A stretch of DNA of 60,066 nt from a virus (Duplodnaviria; Heunggongvirae; Uroviricota; Caudoviricetes): IMG/VR virus record IMGVR_UViG_3300037851_000345, positions 1 to 60,066 of that record; one strand, given 5' to 3'. This document shows positions 37,443 to 46,379 of this stretch, piece after piece. The notes under the pieces are model-generated. The model saw nothing but the letters and a program-made list of their open reading frames with translations. It was not told where the DNA came from and ran no database searches. The position numbers were made by a program, and so were the translations under genes. The stretch's first letter is position 1. The number at the start of each line of letters is the position of its first letter.

Positions 37443-37829
37443 ATGGCAGGCAATACATTTAGGATGAATGAAACTGTAGTTATAGATATAGAAATTGAAG
37501 GCATCGATACCTCTATCTCCGATGTGAACATCGATATCCGTAGTAGCGTCTCAAACGCCTATGCTGTTTCAGGTGTTACGATGGAAGAGATTGGCAACCA
37601 AAAGTATCGCTATTTTTGGGATACGAGATTGGGCTACTCAGGGACATCGGGGTGGTCAACCTACTCTGCTTACAACAACCCTTTGCCTGGCGGGCCCATC
37701 ATCTACTCAGGTTGGTCGGGAAGTAGCGGCTACTCCGCAGGGGTCTCAGGGCTTTACAACGTAACACTCACCGCAAGAGACTCTAACAATCACGTGGGTT
37801 ACGAAGAATTTATAATCAGAATCGGGTAG
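37443..37829 (+). CDS. Ig-like virion protein with an SG-rich insertion
   Basis: YRYFWDT...YSGTSGWS..YSGWSGSSGYS...GLYNVTLTA. Confidence 0.65.
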   Translation: MAGNTFRMNETVVIDIEIEGIDTSISDVNIDIRSSVSNAYAVSGVTMEEIGNQKYRYFWDTRLGYSGTSGWSTYSAYNNPLPGGPIIYSGWSGSSGYSAGVSGLYNVTLTARDSNNHVGYEEFIIRIG

Positions 37830-37833
37830 AAAA

Positions 37834-37932
37834 ATGTCGAAAAGTCATTTAGGAAAAAGAATTTCTGAAAAAACAGAATTTAAAAAAGGTAACATCCCAT
37901 GGAATGAAGGTTTTAAATTAAAACAGGAGTAA
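37834..37932 (+). pseudogene. NUMOD3-like C-terminal fragment of a homing endonuclease
   Basis: MSKSHLGKRISEKTEFKKGNIPWNEG. Confidence 0.65.
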
Positions 37933-37935
37933 CAA

Positions 37936-39192
37936 ATGGGATTTTGGTTGTTTGAAGATATTCGTTTGAAAGTCTTTGAAGAGGTTATAAATCTTCTTCT
38001 AGAAAATAAACAAGAATTATTGTTTGAAGATAGTAATGTGCTGAAACATTTAACACATTTGGAAGATTTAGTTCTTGATGGAAAGGAAAAATTTATAAAC
38101 ACAATCAGAGGTTTGTTACGAATTGGTCATCAACATGAGGGTAGTGATGATACATTAGTGGTAGAAAAGATTGACGGCGCACCAGCTTTATTTTTCTTAA
38201 AAGACCCACGTAATAATGAGTTTGGTGTTAGTACCAAAAGTATTGGTTCTAAAACACAAAAAATTGCGCACTCTAGTAAAGAAATTAGAAATTTATTTGA
38301 TAAAGAGGGATTACAAATCAAACTAGAAGCCGCTCTCATTTATTTAAAGGGTTTAAATCTCAATAATTATGCTTTCCAAGGGGACGTGTTGTTCACCCGT
38401 GAGGACGTGCGCAAGCGGAGAATCAAAGGCAAGGACTACCTGACCTTCACACCGAACGTCCTGATGTACGCCGTTGCAATTGACTCTAACTCCGAACTCT
38501 ACAAAAAGGTAGCAAGTTCAGAGTTCGGCCTTGTCGTTCACACAATTTATAAAATCGAAAAGGACGGCGAGGGGATGAAACTCACCCAAGTACGCAACCC
38601 GCAAGTGATTTACAACTTGGTTAAACAGGCTGAGGACGTACAGGGGTTGTTTATGACCCACCCCTTCCACCCACAAATCAAATTGGAAGTTGCTAAAGAG
38701 GATATCAAGAAAATTGAGGAGTTGCTAGCGGAGTTGGAAAAGACGAGTTACAAGAGTCCATCACCTTTTACCAAGCAGTTGTTCGCCCGATTTGTCAACG
38801 CCATGATTAGGGAGAATTGGCCTGTCAGTTGGGAAGGATTTAACTCTTGGGTGCAACAAGATATGAACACAGAGATGGTGAAGAAAAAAACGAAAAAAGG
38901 ACAAGACGCTGTGGAAGAAAAATACGTCAAGGTACACGAAGAGATAGACGGTCCTTCCTTCAGAAATTTCTTGAAGGCATATCTTACCGCCTTGGAAATC
39001 AAAAAGATATTTTTACAAGTGTTCGGTAAAGTGCAGTCCAAGTTGGGGGCAACCTTCTTCGGGCAAGAATTGACGGGACCAGAAGGATTTGTGTTAAGTG
39101 CTGATGATGGGATTGTAAAGTTAGTGGATAGGACTGTTTTTTCTAGACAAAATTTCCTTTTTGGTAGTTTTAATTTAAAAAATAAACCTTAA
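37936..39192 (+). CDS. Conserved T4-like phage protein (DUF6267-like, KxDG ligase/nucleotidyltransferase-like motifs)
   Basis: HLTHLEDL...EKIDGAPA...QGDVLF...EGFV...KLVDR..FS..NF. Confidence 0.75.
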   Translation: MGFWLFEDIRLKVFEEVINLLLENKQELLFEDSNVLKHLTHLEDLVLDGKEKFINTIRGLLRIGHQHEGSDDTLVVEKIDGAPALFFLKDPRNNEFGVSTKSIGSKTQKIAHSSKEIRNLFDKEGLQIKLEAALIYLKGLNLNNYAFQGDVLFTREDVRKRRIKGKDYLTFTPNVLMYAVAIDSNSELYKKVASSEFGLVVHTIYKIEKDGEGMKLTQVRNPQVIYNLVKQAEDVQGLFMTHPFHPQIKLEVAKEDIKKIEELLAELEKTSYKSPSPFTKQLFARFVNAMIRENWPVSWEGFNSWVQQDMNTEMVKKKTKKGQDAVEEKYVKVHEEIDGPSFRNFLKAYLTALEIKKIFLQVFGKVQSKLGATFFGQELTGPEGFVLSADDGIVKLVDRTVFSRQNFLFGSFNLKNKP

Positions 39193-39225
39193 ATTACTCT
39201 CAAAGTGTGATAAAATTAAAGTAAG

Positions 39226-39820
39226 GGTTTGGTTTGAAATCAAATTTTACTTGAGGATTTATTTACGTTTTTGCAGTCAACGATAAAGGATACGTAGAAT
39301 ACACTACTCAACTAAAAAGAAGATTTAAAAGACACTTTAGAAAAGACAAAGAACTTTATTTTCACAGGTCATTAAAAATATTTTAAACCTAAAGATTTTT
39401 AATAATTGAAACCTATTTTGATGAAAAGAAAAAAGTTTTAACCCTTCTAAAAGAAAGAGAAATTTTTTGGGTGAAGGAATTGGGAATCCTTTGGCCTGAT
39501 GGTTGGAATTTAACAAAAGGTGGTGATGGTCTAATTGGATACACTCCAACCGAAGAAATCTTAGAAAAATTAAGAAAACCAAAACCATTAGGGTTCGCTG
39601 AAAAAGTGAGTAAACATCTTAAAGGTATTCCAAAAACAAAAAAACAAAAACGAAAAATTTCTGAAACAAAAAAACTCAAAAAATTCCTATTTGGAATAAA
39701 GGAACAAAGGGATTACAAGTGGCTTGGAACAAGGGGAAAAATGTCCTCAGTTTAGTGGGCCAAATAACCCCCAATTCGGTAAAAAGAGACCTGATTTAGC
39801 AGAAGAAAAGAAAAATCCCT
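39226..39820 (+). pseudogene. Degenerate GIY-YIG homing endonuclease
   Basis: *GFIYVFAVNDKGYVEYT..LKRRFKRH, REIFWVKEL...GWNLTKGGDG and NUMOD3-like remnants; stops and frameshifts. Confidence 0.8.
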
Positions 39821-39824
39821 TTCA

Positions 39825-39849
39825 CTCTAACCCTAAATAAAAGTTAGGG
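39825..39849 (+). promoter_or_regulatory. Late promoter in the loop of an RBS-occluding hairpin
   Basis: CTCTAAC-cctaaataaaa-GTTAGGG. Confidence 0.55.
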
Positions 39850-39861
39850 AGAAATAACAAG

Positions 39862-40068
39862 ATGAAGATGAAAAATATTGAACCTGAAAATATCTATCCT
39901 GTGTGTGGAACAGAAGAAATAGACCCTGTTGGACGGATTGAAAGCCAAGGAGATTTGAATGGATTAAGTGAATTGGAAGCCCGTGTGCCTTTTGAGTGTG
40001 AGAACGGTCATTCTTTTTACAAATATTACGACTTGGAATACGTAAAATCTGAAGAAATAATGGGTTAA
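39862..40068 (+). CDS. Small hypothetical protein
   Basis: ORF after a late promoter. Confidence 0.55.
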   Translation: MKMKNIEPENIYPVCGTEEIDPVGRIESQGDLNGLSELEARVPFECENGHSFYKYYDLEYVKSEEIMG

Positions 40069-40118
40069 AGGAACCCGTGATGAGGCTGAATCAATTCAAA
40101 AGAAATTACAAGCGGAGA

Positions 40119-40439
40119 TCGAAAATGAAACTAACTAGAGAAGATATTAAAAAGTATGGAACATTACTTGAACAAAAAATATTATTAGAAACACTTGAAA
40201 ATGATATTTTGTCTTTTTCCATAGACCGTAGTTGGAAAAATTATATAGAAAAGATTTTAAATAATTTTAAATCTAAAGGATACATAGATAGTTGGACAGA
40301 ATCGGAAATTTATACTTATATTCAATTCAAAATAAAAGGAAATTCAAAAAATCTTTCTAAAGTGAAAAAATATTTTGATGATATTAAAAACTCATAAGAG
40401 GTCGAAAATGAAACTAACTAGAGAAGATATTAAAAAGTA
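40119..40439 (+). repeat. 38-bp perfect direct repeat (40119-40156 / 40402-40439)
   Basis: tcgaaaatgaaactaactagagaagatattaaaaagta. Confidence 0.9.
40125..40397 (+). CDS. MKLTREDIKKYGT family protein
   Basis: GGAG SD; identical 38-bp start region to 40408. Confidence 0.7.
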   Translation: MKLTREDIKKYGTLLEQKILLETLENDILSFSIDRSWKNYIEKILNNFKSKGYIDSWTESEIYTYIQFKIKGNSKNLSKVKKYFDDIKNS

Positions 40440-40686
40440 CGGGACGAAAAAGGAATTAAAGGAAATTTTTGAAGATAATAAATTGACCACAGACGATGCA
40501 GTTGCACAGGTCAACGGGGCTATGATGGGTTGGTTGTCTCCCGAAGAAAGAAAAAATTTTACTGAAGATTACTTATTAACTCTCAAAGAAGAACTTGAAA
40601 AATTTATCAAAAGAGTAAATGAAGAATTAGAGTTTCTTTACGACAGGAGTATCAGAGAAAATAGAAAAATAAAATTCCGAGCATAA
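40408..40686 (+). CDS. MKLTREDIKKYGT family protein
   Basis: GAGG SD; identical 38-bp start region to 40125. Confidence 0.7.
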   Translation: MKLTREDIKKYGTKKELKEIFEDNKLTTDDAVAQVNGAMMGWLSPEERKNFTEDYLLTLKEELEKFIKRVNEELEFLYDRSIRENRKIKFRA

Positions 40687-40808
40687 GGGCTACTTTTCAG
40701 ACGGCTCACCCGTCTACATCGGGCATTACCGCTACTACCAGGACTCTTCGTTCTAAATCTTAGAACAGTTGTCCTATTTTTGTAACAAGGTGTGGTACAA
40801 TTAAGGTA

Positions 40809-42215
40809 ATGGGGAAAATTAAACAAAGTTACGAATTTTTACTAGACAAAAACAAGCCACTCCTGCCGCAACTGCGCAAGGTCAAACGGGCCTGTTTTGC
40901 ACCATACAAAAGTGATTTGTCCTTAATTAAGTGGGAGTGCGAGGCCTGTAGTGCAGGAAGAAAGTACAGCAGTTGTCTTTTCTACGAGGCTACACACCTT
41001 GATTGTTTTGCTGAGAAACTCAAAGAGATTCAAACAAACGAAATGATTAAACCGCCGAAGAAATTCCACCCCGATTCCGAACGACTCTGCTTCGGAAGAA
41101 CACCTTTGGAAAAAATCCTGAAAGGGACGTGGACTGTCGGTCAGCACAGGCAATCCGAGCCTACTTGGGTAGGCAGTCGGGAACATCAGGAGTGGAACAG
41201 GGAACATAAGGAAATCCAAAAGGACTTACCCTGCGAAAGCACGTGCAAGATGCGCAGGTGGTGCAGTTTCTACAACAACGGAGTGAACGTGCAACTCTGC
41301 CATACTGACATCACGGGTTACGATGAAGACGGGATCACCTACGAGCCGTACTCCGAAAAGTACGACAAGGGAATCCGTGTGGGTTCGTACTTGTATAAGC
41401 ACTTCGTCAAGCACTCTGTCGTGAAGGAACTGTCGCCCATCAAGAACGATGGGAGCAAGAAGAAATTGGACGAGTGGCAGTACAAAATCTACGAGAAGGT
41501 GTATAAGAAAACCCACATCAAGCCGAAAATAAAACTGAGTGTGATAAAATACGTGTTGGATGTCCTTGCGACCCAAGAAGAAGCAGGGGGATTGCTCCTG
41601 ACCTACTTGATAGGCAGGGCGGTAACGTTCAACCGAGAAAAGATGAGTGAGTACGACAACCTGAGAATTTGGTTCGACAAGCACCTAGGCACTTTGAAAC
41701 AAATGGAATTAGTCGGCACGTTGGAACAGACCACCGAACTGCAAAAGGTCAGGGAGATGGCTCAGAAGAATCAGACACTCCTGAGCGAGACTTCGTGGAA
41801 GGTTGTCGAAGTCAACCTGACGTACCTCTTGGAGTACATCAAGCAGAGGAAGTTGGAACTGTTCGACCCCTTCTACGAGTACTACCTGTCAATGGAGAAG
41901 AATCCATCCCGTGCGGAAATCGAGGAGCGGTTCAAAATCTCCCGCCCGACACAAGTGGTAATCGAACGCCGATTGGGAATCCGCAAGGACTTCCGCAACA
42001 AAGGCGCGGCGCAACTGTCAAACCTCTACCTAGTCAACCCCTACGCAGTAGGTGCGATTTTCAGGTACCTAAGTTTGGCAGAGACAGAAAAGAAATTGGA
42101 AAAAGTAAGAAAGATAAACAAGGAAAACGTACTGAGGAAAAATTCTAAAAAAATAAATACTAATAAGCAATTAGGAAAATTCGCAGAATTATACAAACAA
42201 CTAACAAGTAATTAA
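40809..42215 (+). CDS. Cys-rich protein with C-terminal winged HTH, candidate replication initiator
   Basis: PSRAEIEERFKISRPTQ...LGIRK...SNLYLV resembles an HTH_36 wHTH; precedes the largest non-coding gap in the window. Confidence 0.5.
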   Translation: MGKIKQSYEFLLDKNKPLLPQLRKVKRACFAPYKSDLSLIKWECEACSAGRKYSSCLFYEATHLDCFAEKLKEIQTNEMIKPPKKFHPDSERLCFGRTPLEKILKGTWTVGQHRQSEPTWVGSREHQEWNREHKEIQKDLPCESTCKMRRWCSFYNNGVNVQLCHTDITGYDEDGITYEPYSEKYDKGIRVGSYLYKHFVKHSVVKELSPIKNDGSKKKLDEWQYKIYEKVYKKTHIKPKIKLSVIKYVLDVLATQEEAGGLLLTYLIGRAVTFNREKMSEYDNLRIWFDKHLGTLKQMELVGTLEQTTELQKVREMAQKNQTLLSETSWKVVEVNLTYLLEYIKQRKLELFDPFYEYYLSMEKNPSRAEIEERFKISRPTQVVIERRLGIRKDFRNKGAAQLSNLYLVNPYAVGAIFRYLSLAETEKKLEKVRKINKENVLRKNSKKINTNKQLGKFAELYKQLTSN

Positions 42216-42233
42216 AGCCCGAAAAGATACACC

Positions 42234-42418
42234 GAAGGAGTGAGGAACTAAGCAAGCCTACTCAGGCGTGTCAATTTGGCAAAAGGAGCAGTCGATTTGT
42301 CAGGTTGGTGAATCGAAGCCCCTGTGGATTGTTTTTGCGTCCACAAACACGAGAAATGCCTTATTTTCACCCCTTTCCCCTAATTGTTGTAGTCCGCTTG
42401 TTAGTTCCTAACTCCTTT
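42234..42418. ncRNA. Candidate ~185-nt multibranch structured element
   Basis: About 22-bp closing stem 42234-57/42396-418 with three internal hairpins. Confidence 0.5.
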
Positions 42419-42489
42419 TGACTTGTTGTAAGTTTTAGAAAAATTTTTTAAAAGGGGTTCTAACGAATCAGCCGTTCAGCGACACCGAA

Positions 42490-42600
42490 AAAAAGAAAAA
42501 AGAAATGGGAAGTTAGAAGTCTACCTTCCTTCGGAAAGTTCAAATTTGTTCCCACGCCTTCGGCGGTCTCGCCTTCGGCTCGACTTTTTCTTTTCTAGAT
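42490..42600 (-). other. Cluster of three C-GAA-G triloop hairpins, candidate origin/priming site
   Basis: TTCC-TTC-GGAA (42526), CGCC-TTC-GGCG (42555), GCC-TTC-GGC (42571). Confidence 0.45.
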
Positions 42601-42693
42601 TTAAGTGGGGGTTTCTAACGGGTTTCGAGTTGTGTCTAATTAAATATTCACTAATTTGTTACGAAGTGTGGTAAAATTAAGGTAGGAGTAAAA

Positions 42694-43092
42694 ATGAAGA
42701 ACTTTTGGAACGAGATTTTACTTTTGTCGGGGATTTTGACCGTGTTCGTTTGCGCTACCCTGAACGTATCTTTGGGGTGGACGCTCCTGTACGTAACTGC
42801 CGTCCTGATGTTACCCATCGGTCATCGAGACTTCAAGGCAATTGAAGAAGAATGTAATGTTAAAGAAAGTTTGATAAAAAGATTTTGGGCTTGGTTCCGA
42901 AAGACCTACGATTGGCGGGACGTTCGTGATTTTATGATAATGCCCGTTGTCGTAGCAGTTTCGGCGGCTACCTTGGAATATTTTCTAAAACTAAATGAAA
43001 GAACGGTGTTGATAGGGATAGCGGTGGTTGCGGTTCCTGTTATTTTTATTCACGAGTGGAAAGATTACGACAAACACTTTCCGAAAAAGTAA
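42694..43092 (+). CDS. Membrane protein (about 4 TM)
   Basis: Hydrophobic segments; promoter at 42666; AGGAG SD. Confidence 0.7.
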   Translation: MKNFWNEILLLSGILTVFVCATLNVSLGWTLLYVTAVLMLPIGHRDFKAIEEECNVKESLIKRFWAWFRKTYDWRDVRDFMIMPVVVAVSAATLEYFLKLNERTVLIGIAVVAVPVIFIHEWKDYDKHFPKK

Positions 43093-43295
43093 ATGAAAAG
43101 AATAAAAAAATAGACACCTGAAAAAATACAGACGCGTTTTTTACGAAGAAACAAAACACATGACTCTTTCCCAATTGGGAGTTTTCAAATACTACGTAGA
43201 TAAAAAGGATATCCCTAGTTTTAGCAAACTGAGAAAAATTATCACCACAAACAGAAACAGCGACAAGTTCAGATTACTTTGTATCCTGAAAGGAC

Positions 43296-43324
43296 TTGAC
43301 AATCCTATTAAATTGTGATATAAG
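43296..43324 (+). promoter_or_regulatory. Sigma70-type early promoter
   Basis: TTGACA-17-TATAAG with TG extension; twin of the promoter at 43505. Confidence 0.7.
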
Positions 43325-43331
43325 TATAAGT

Positions 43332-43490
43332 ATGGGTATTTTGAAATGGTTTTGTGCCTTTTTTGGCGTATTTTTCGGCTCAATCGGGCTGATTTTCCTC
43401 TTTTCCAAGTATTTTTTAATTGCTTTTGCCTTCATTTTGGGGTCTTTAGGCTTTACGACAGCCTTTTTCGGCCTAAAAAAATTGCAGTAA
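43332..43490 (+). CDS. Small membrane protein (probably leaderless)
   Basis: MGILKWFCAFF..., 2 TM; ATG 7 nt after the -10. Confidence 0.55.
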   Translation: MGILKWFCAFFGVFFGSIGLIFLFSKYFLIAFAFILGSLGFTTAFFGLKKLQ

Positions 43491-43504
43491 AATCTTCCTG
43501 GGAC

Positions 43505-43533
43505 TTGACAAACCCCTCAAATTGTGATATCAT
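43505..43533 (+). promoter_or_regulatory. Sigma70-type early promoter
   Basis: TTGACA-17-TATCAT; ATG 6 nt downstream. Confidence 0.75.
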
Positions 43534-43539
43534 AAGAAT

Positions 43540-44880
43540 ATGATAAAAATTAAATTTATGCGCTATACGGCAAACGGGCCTGACGAAGTCATGATTGAGG
43601 TTCCGAGCGACAACGTGTGGTTGTCTTCAACCTACGACAAGAAGTCGTTGAATAAGCGCAATCGTGTGTGGGTTAGTAAGGGGATTAAGACTAATTTCGA
43701 TACTCACGTCATCGGCCCGATGCTGAATGACGATGATTTCGTGCGGTCTTACGTGCCAACTTGGGCTTTGAAAGGCCTGAGAAAATACACGAGCAACCTG
43801 TACGTTTTTTTCTACAACAGCGAAAATGGCAATGAAACCCCCGAACCGAAGGAGTCGATTACCAAGACCAAGAGGGCGAAGAAGGACAAGAAGGAGTGCA
43901 AGCCCCGTGAGAAGAAGGTCAATCCTGAAAAGGAAAAGAAAATGACCTTCAAAGCCTTGCGCAATAAACTGAATGGTAAAATCAAACTAACCAAGACTCT
44001 CCATCATTGGACTGACCCTGCGAAGATAGAGTATTTCAACAGTTCCCGTCAGAACGAAAAGGAGAATTTTGAAAAAGTTGTCCTGAACATCTTCAAGTCT
44101 TACAAGATTTATTTCGAAGAATTACTGACCTCTAGGAACATCCCTTTCTACATTGCCGCTGAGAACTACAAAGTCTACGACAACACCGGCCAAGGAGACT
44201 TGTCGATTATATACGTCCTTGTCAACAACACCGAGAATGTGCCTGTTGCCACGCTGAACAAGCAGTATTGGGAGAAAATCACGTTGGTGTGGAAGACGAA
44301 TACTAAAGTGGTAAATAGAGAAAACTATTGGGGGAAGAATCTTTGCATCAAGAATCTTTGCATCAAGAAAATCGGCATCGCGCTTGACAACGGATATATT
44401 CGCAAGAGTGATATCAAGTCGTTCAAGTCGATCCGTGAGACCTCTTTCACTGAGTTGACCAACAAAACGTTAGAAGTTAACAACACCTACTACGCCTCCA
44501 AAATCGAAGATTTCAAGGCTTTGAAAGGTCGTGTAGTGAACAACAAGGAACAGGAAAAAGAACTGAAGGATTTCATCACCACCAACATCATTCCTCACGT
44601 CGACGTGGATTACCTCGACGGTGAGGACCTTGAGTTTTCCAAAAAAGCTTTCAGGGTTATTTTTGGCAAAGAGAATTACCAGCGTATCGAATTTTTGGAT
44701 ATTCACATCTTTACCAATGATGTCGAGAAGCTGACGATTGATGTGGAATTCTTCGGCCACAGGACGGCCAGGGTTGCTACCGCAAGCGAAGCAATCGCCG
44801 TTATTAACAAGGTATTCGGCAACAAGGACGAGTTACAGACCGTAATAGGCGTGTTCAAGAAGGCTTGGGCGGTTTGTTAA
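43540..44880 (+). CDS. Hypothetical early protein
   Basis: 446-aa ORF; no recognisable family. Confidence 0.75.
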   Translation: MIKIKFMRYTANGPDEVMIEVPSDNVWLSSTYDKKSLNKRNRVWVSKGIKTNFDTHVIGPMLNDDDFVRSYVPTWALKGLRKYTSNLYVFFYNSENGNETPEPKESITKTKRAKKDKKECKPREKKVNPEKEKKMTFKALRNKLNGKIKLTKTLHHWTDPAKIEYFNSSRQNEKENFEKVVLNIFKSYKIYFEELLTSRNIPFYIAAENYKVYDNTGQGDLSIIYVLVNNTENVPVATLNKQYWEKITLVWKTNTKVVNRENYWGKNLCIKNLCIKKIGIALDNGYIRKSDIKSFKSIRETSFTELTNKTLEVNNTYYASKIEDFKALKGRVVNNKEQEKELKDFITTNIIPHVDVDYLDGEDLEFSKKAFRVIFGKENYQRIEFLDIHIFTNDVEKLTIDVEFFGHRTARVATASEAIAVINKVFGNKDELQTVIGVFKKAWAVC

Positions 44881-44894
44881 TAAAAAGAAGAAAA

Positions 44895-45110
44895 ATGGTA
44901 TTTAATATTTTACGAAAACTCTCAAGAATTGTAAGAGGTAAATGTGCCTGTTGTGGTAGCAATCAAAAGATTTTGATTTGCGACAAGTGCTTAGAGTCCC
45001 GTAATTGGGGTCGTGCGATAAAAGGCAATTGTCCTTATCCCGATGCCCTGATTGATTGGTTAAAGGTACTTAAACCCGATGCGTGGTTCGAAGCTTACAA
45101 GGTGAAGTAA
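44895..45110 (+). CDS. Small Zn-finger hypothetical protein
   Basis: CACCG...ICDKC. Confidence 0.55.
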   Translation: MVFNILRKLSRIVRGKCACCGSNQKILICDKCLESRNWGRAIKGNCPYPDALIDWLKVLKPDAWFEAYKVK

Positions 45111-45286
45111 TGATTAATGCGTGGTTCATTATTCCTGTGTTCACTGTGGGTTACTTCCTAGGGTGGCGCCGGGGTGAGTTCGTTGGGCAGGAAAAGGGGC
45201 GGGGTCAAGCGAAGGTTGTAGTTGATAAAGCCCTGAAAGAGTATAGGCTTGAACAATTGAAGGGGAGTAAGAGTGAGCAAGATTAA
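45110..45286 (+). CDS. Small membrane-anchored protein
   Basis: TAATG coupling; N-terminal TM. Confidence 0.55.
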   Translation: MINAWFIIPVFTVGYFLGWRRGEFVGQEKGRGQAKVVVDKALKEYRLEQLKGSKSEQD

Positions 45287-45479
45287 ACGATATTTGGCTA
45301 AGAGGAAGCAGAAACTCATTCAGGACATCATCCATTGGTTTTTAATGAGAGCGACCTTAGACGAAATGGGCATCTATTTCAAGATGATTCCGCTGTATAC
45401 CAAGATGGAATTACACGAGGAATACCCCCCATCTTGGTTAAAAGGTCAAGAACTCCTTGACAAGCGCATTTTAATATGA
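45273..45479 (+). CDS. Hypothetical protein
   Basis: GTG start with GGAG SD. Confidence 0.5.
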   Translation: MSKIKRYLAKRKQKLIQDIIHWFLMRATLDEMGIYFKMIPLYTKMELHEEYPPSWLKGQELLDKRILI

Positions 45480-45527
45480 TAGAATATAAGACGAAACTAG
45501 TTACAGTTCCTTTAAAAGGAGACTAAA

Positions 45528-45860
45528 ATGGGTAAACCCCTGATAAAGTTCGACAAGGACGAGCCTGAGATTCTTAAACGGTTCTACGAAAGGCTCAGGA
45601 CTACGCTGACAGAAGCGTATCACTACAAGCCCGAAGAGGCCGATTTTGAGGCCTACAGGTGGATTCTACAGAACACGAGCAAGCCCCCCAAGGACTACCT
45701 AAAAATCTTTTTCTGCGTCCCAGAGGGAGCCAGGAAGGCCATTTTGAGGCATCTAGGGTACAAATCTGAGACCGCCTTCAAGAAGAGTTTCAGCAAGCAA
45801 TTAAACGTGTATCGGCAGAGCATCTTCCGCAGGGAAGAGAAAGAGAACGCATGGGAATAA
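45528..45860 (+). CDS. Hypothetical protein
   Basis: AGGAG SD; TTGACA promoter at 45457. Confidence 0.7.
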   Translation: MGKPLIKFDKDEPEILKRFYERLRTTLTEAYHYKPEEADFEAYRWILQNTSKPPKDYLKIFFCVPEGARKAILRHLGYKSETAFKKSFSKQLNVYRQSIFRREEKENAWE

Positions 45861-45861
45861 A

Positions 45862-46065
45862 ATGGAATTTAAGACCGATAAAAGCCTAGTGTGTGAATTT
45901 TGTGGGCATGCCGTCAAGTACAGTTTTAACCCGACAAATAAGATGATTTTCTACATTTGCTCCAATGGTGAGTGTAGTAATGGTAAGAAAGTTGAGGCGG
46001 TTGCCTACGATTCCTTTCCCGATTGGGTCTGTATGAGATTGGGTAAAAAGATTTGGAGTGAATAA
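45862..46065 (+). CDS. Small Zn-ribbon protein
   Basis: CEFCG...CSNGEC. Confidence 0.6.
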   Translation: MEFKTDKSLVCEFCGHAVKYSFNPTNKMIFYICSNGECSNGKKVEAVAYDSFPDWVCMRLGKKIWSE

Positions 46066-46379
46066 TGAGGAAGTTTAAATTCAAGGATACTCAGCCGAAC
46101 ATCGAAAAACTGTACCGCTATGCCCTCTACAAGTTCCCTAGGCTGAGAAATCGCCTAGAGTACGATGAGTGGGGACAATTCGTGATGTACAGGAAGAACG
46201 AGGACACGACCATTTTCTACTACGTTCGAGCCACCACGAGTAACCTCAATTTTAACGTGTACAAGAAACAGGTCGCTAAACTCGACAAGCCGATTATCAA
46301 GGACTTTAAGCAGAGGGTTTACCCTGACGAGAAATTGATGATTGTGTTCGACAGGATTCTGAAGCCGCTTTCGGTCTAA
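46065..46379 (+). CDS. Hypothetical protein
   Basis: TAATG coupling. Confidence 0.65.
   Translation: MRKFKFKDTQPNIEKLYRYALYKFPRLRNRLEYDEWGQFVMYRKNEDTTIFYYVRATTSNLNFNVYKKQVAKLDKPIIKDFKQRVYPDEKLMIVFDRILKPLSV

Noticed and set aside
39250-39256. TGA where a paralog has Trp, suggesting stop-codon recoding
   Set aside because: It lies in a frameshifted pseudogene. Core genes are uninterrupted in code 11, and TGA and TAG end normal genes.
44335-44369. 15-bp tandem duplication (KNLCI KNLCI K)
   Set aside because: Real in the sequence but in frame and isolated; most likely a slippage event or assembly artefact.
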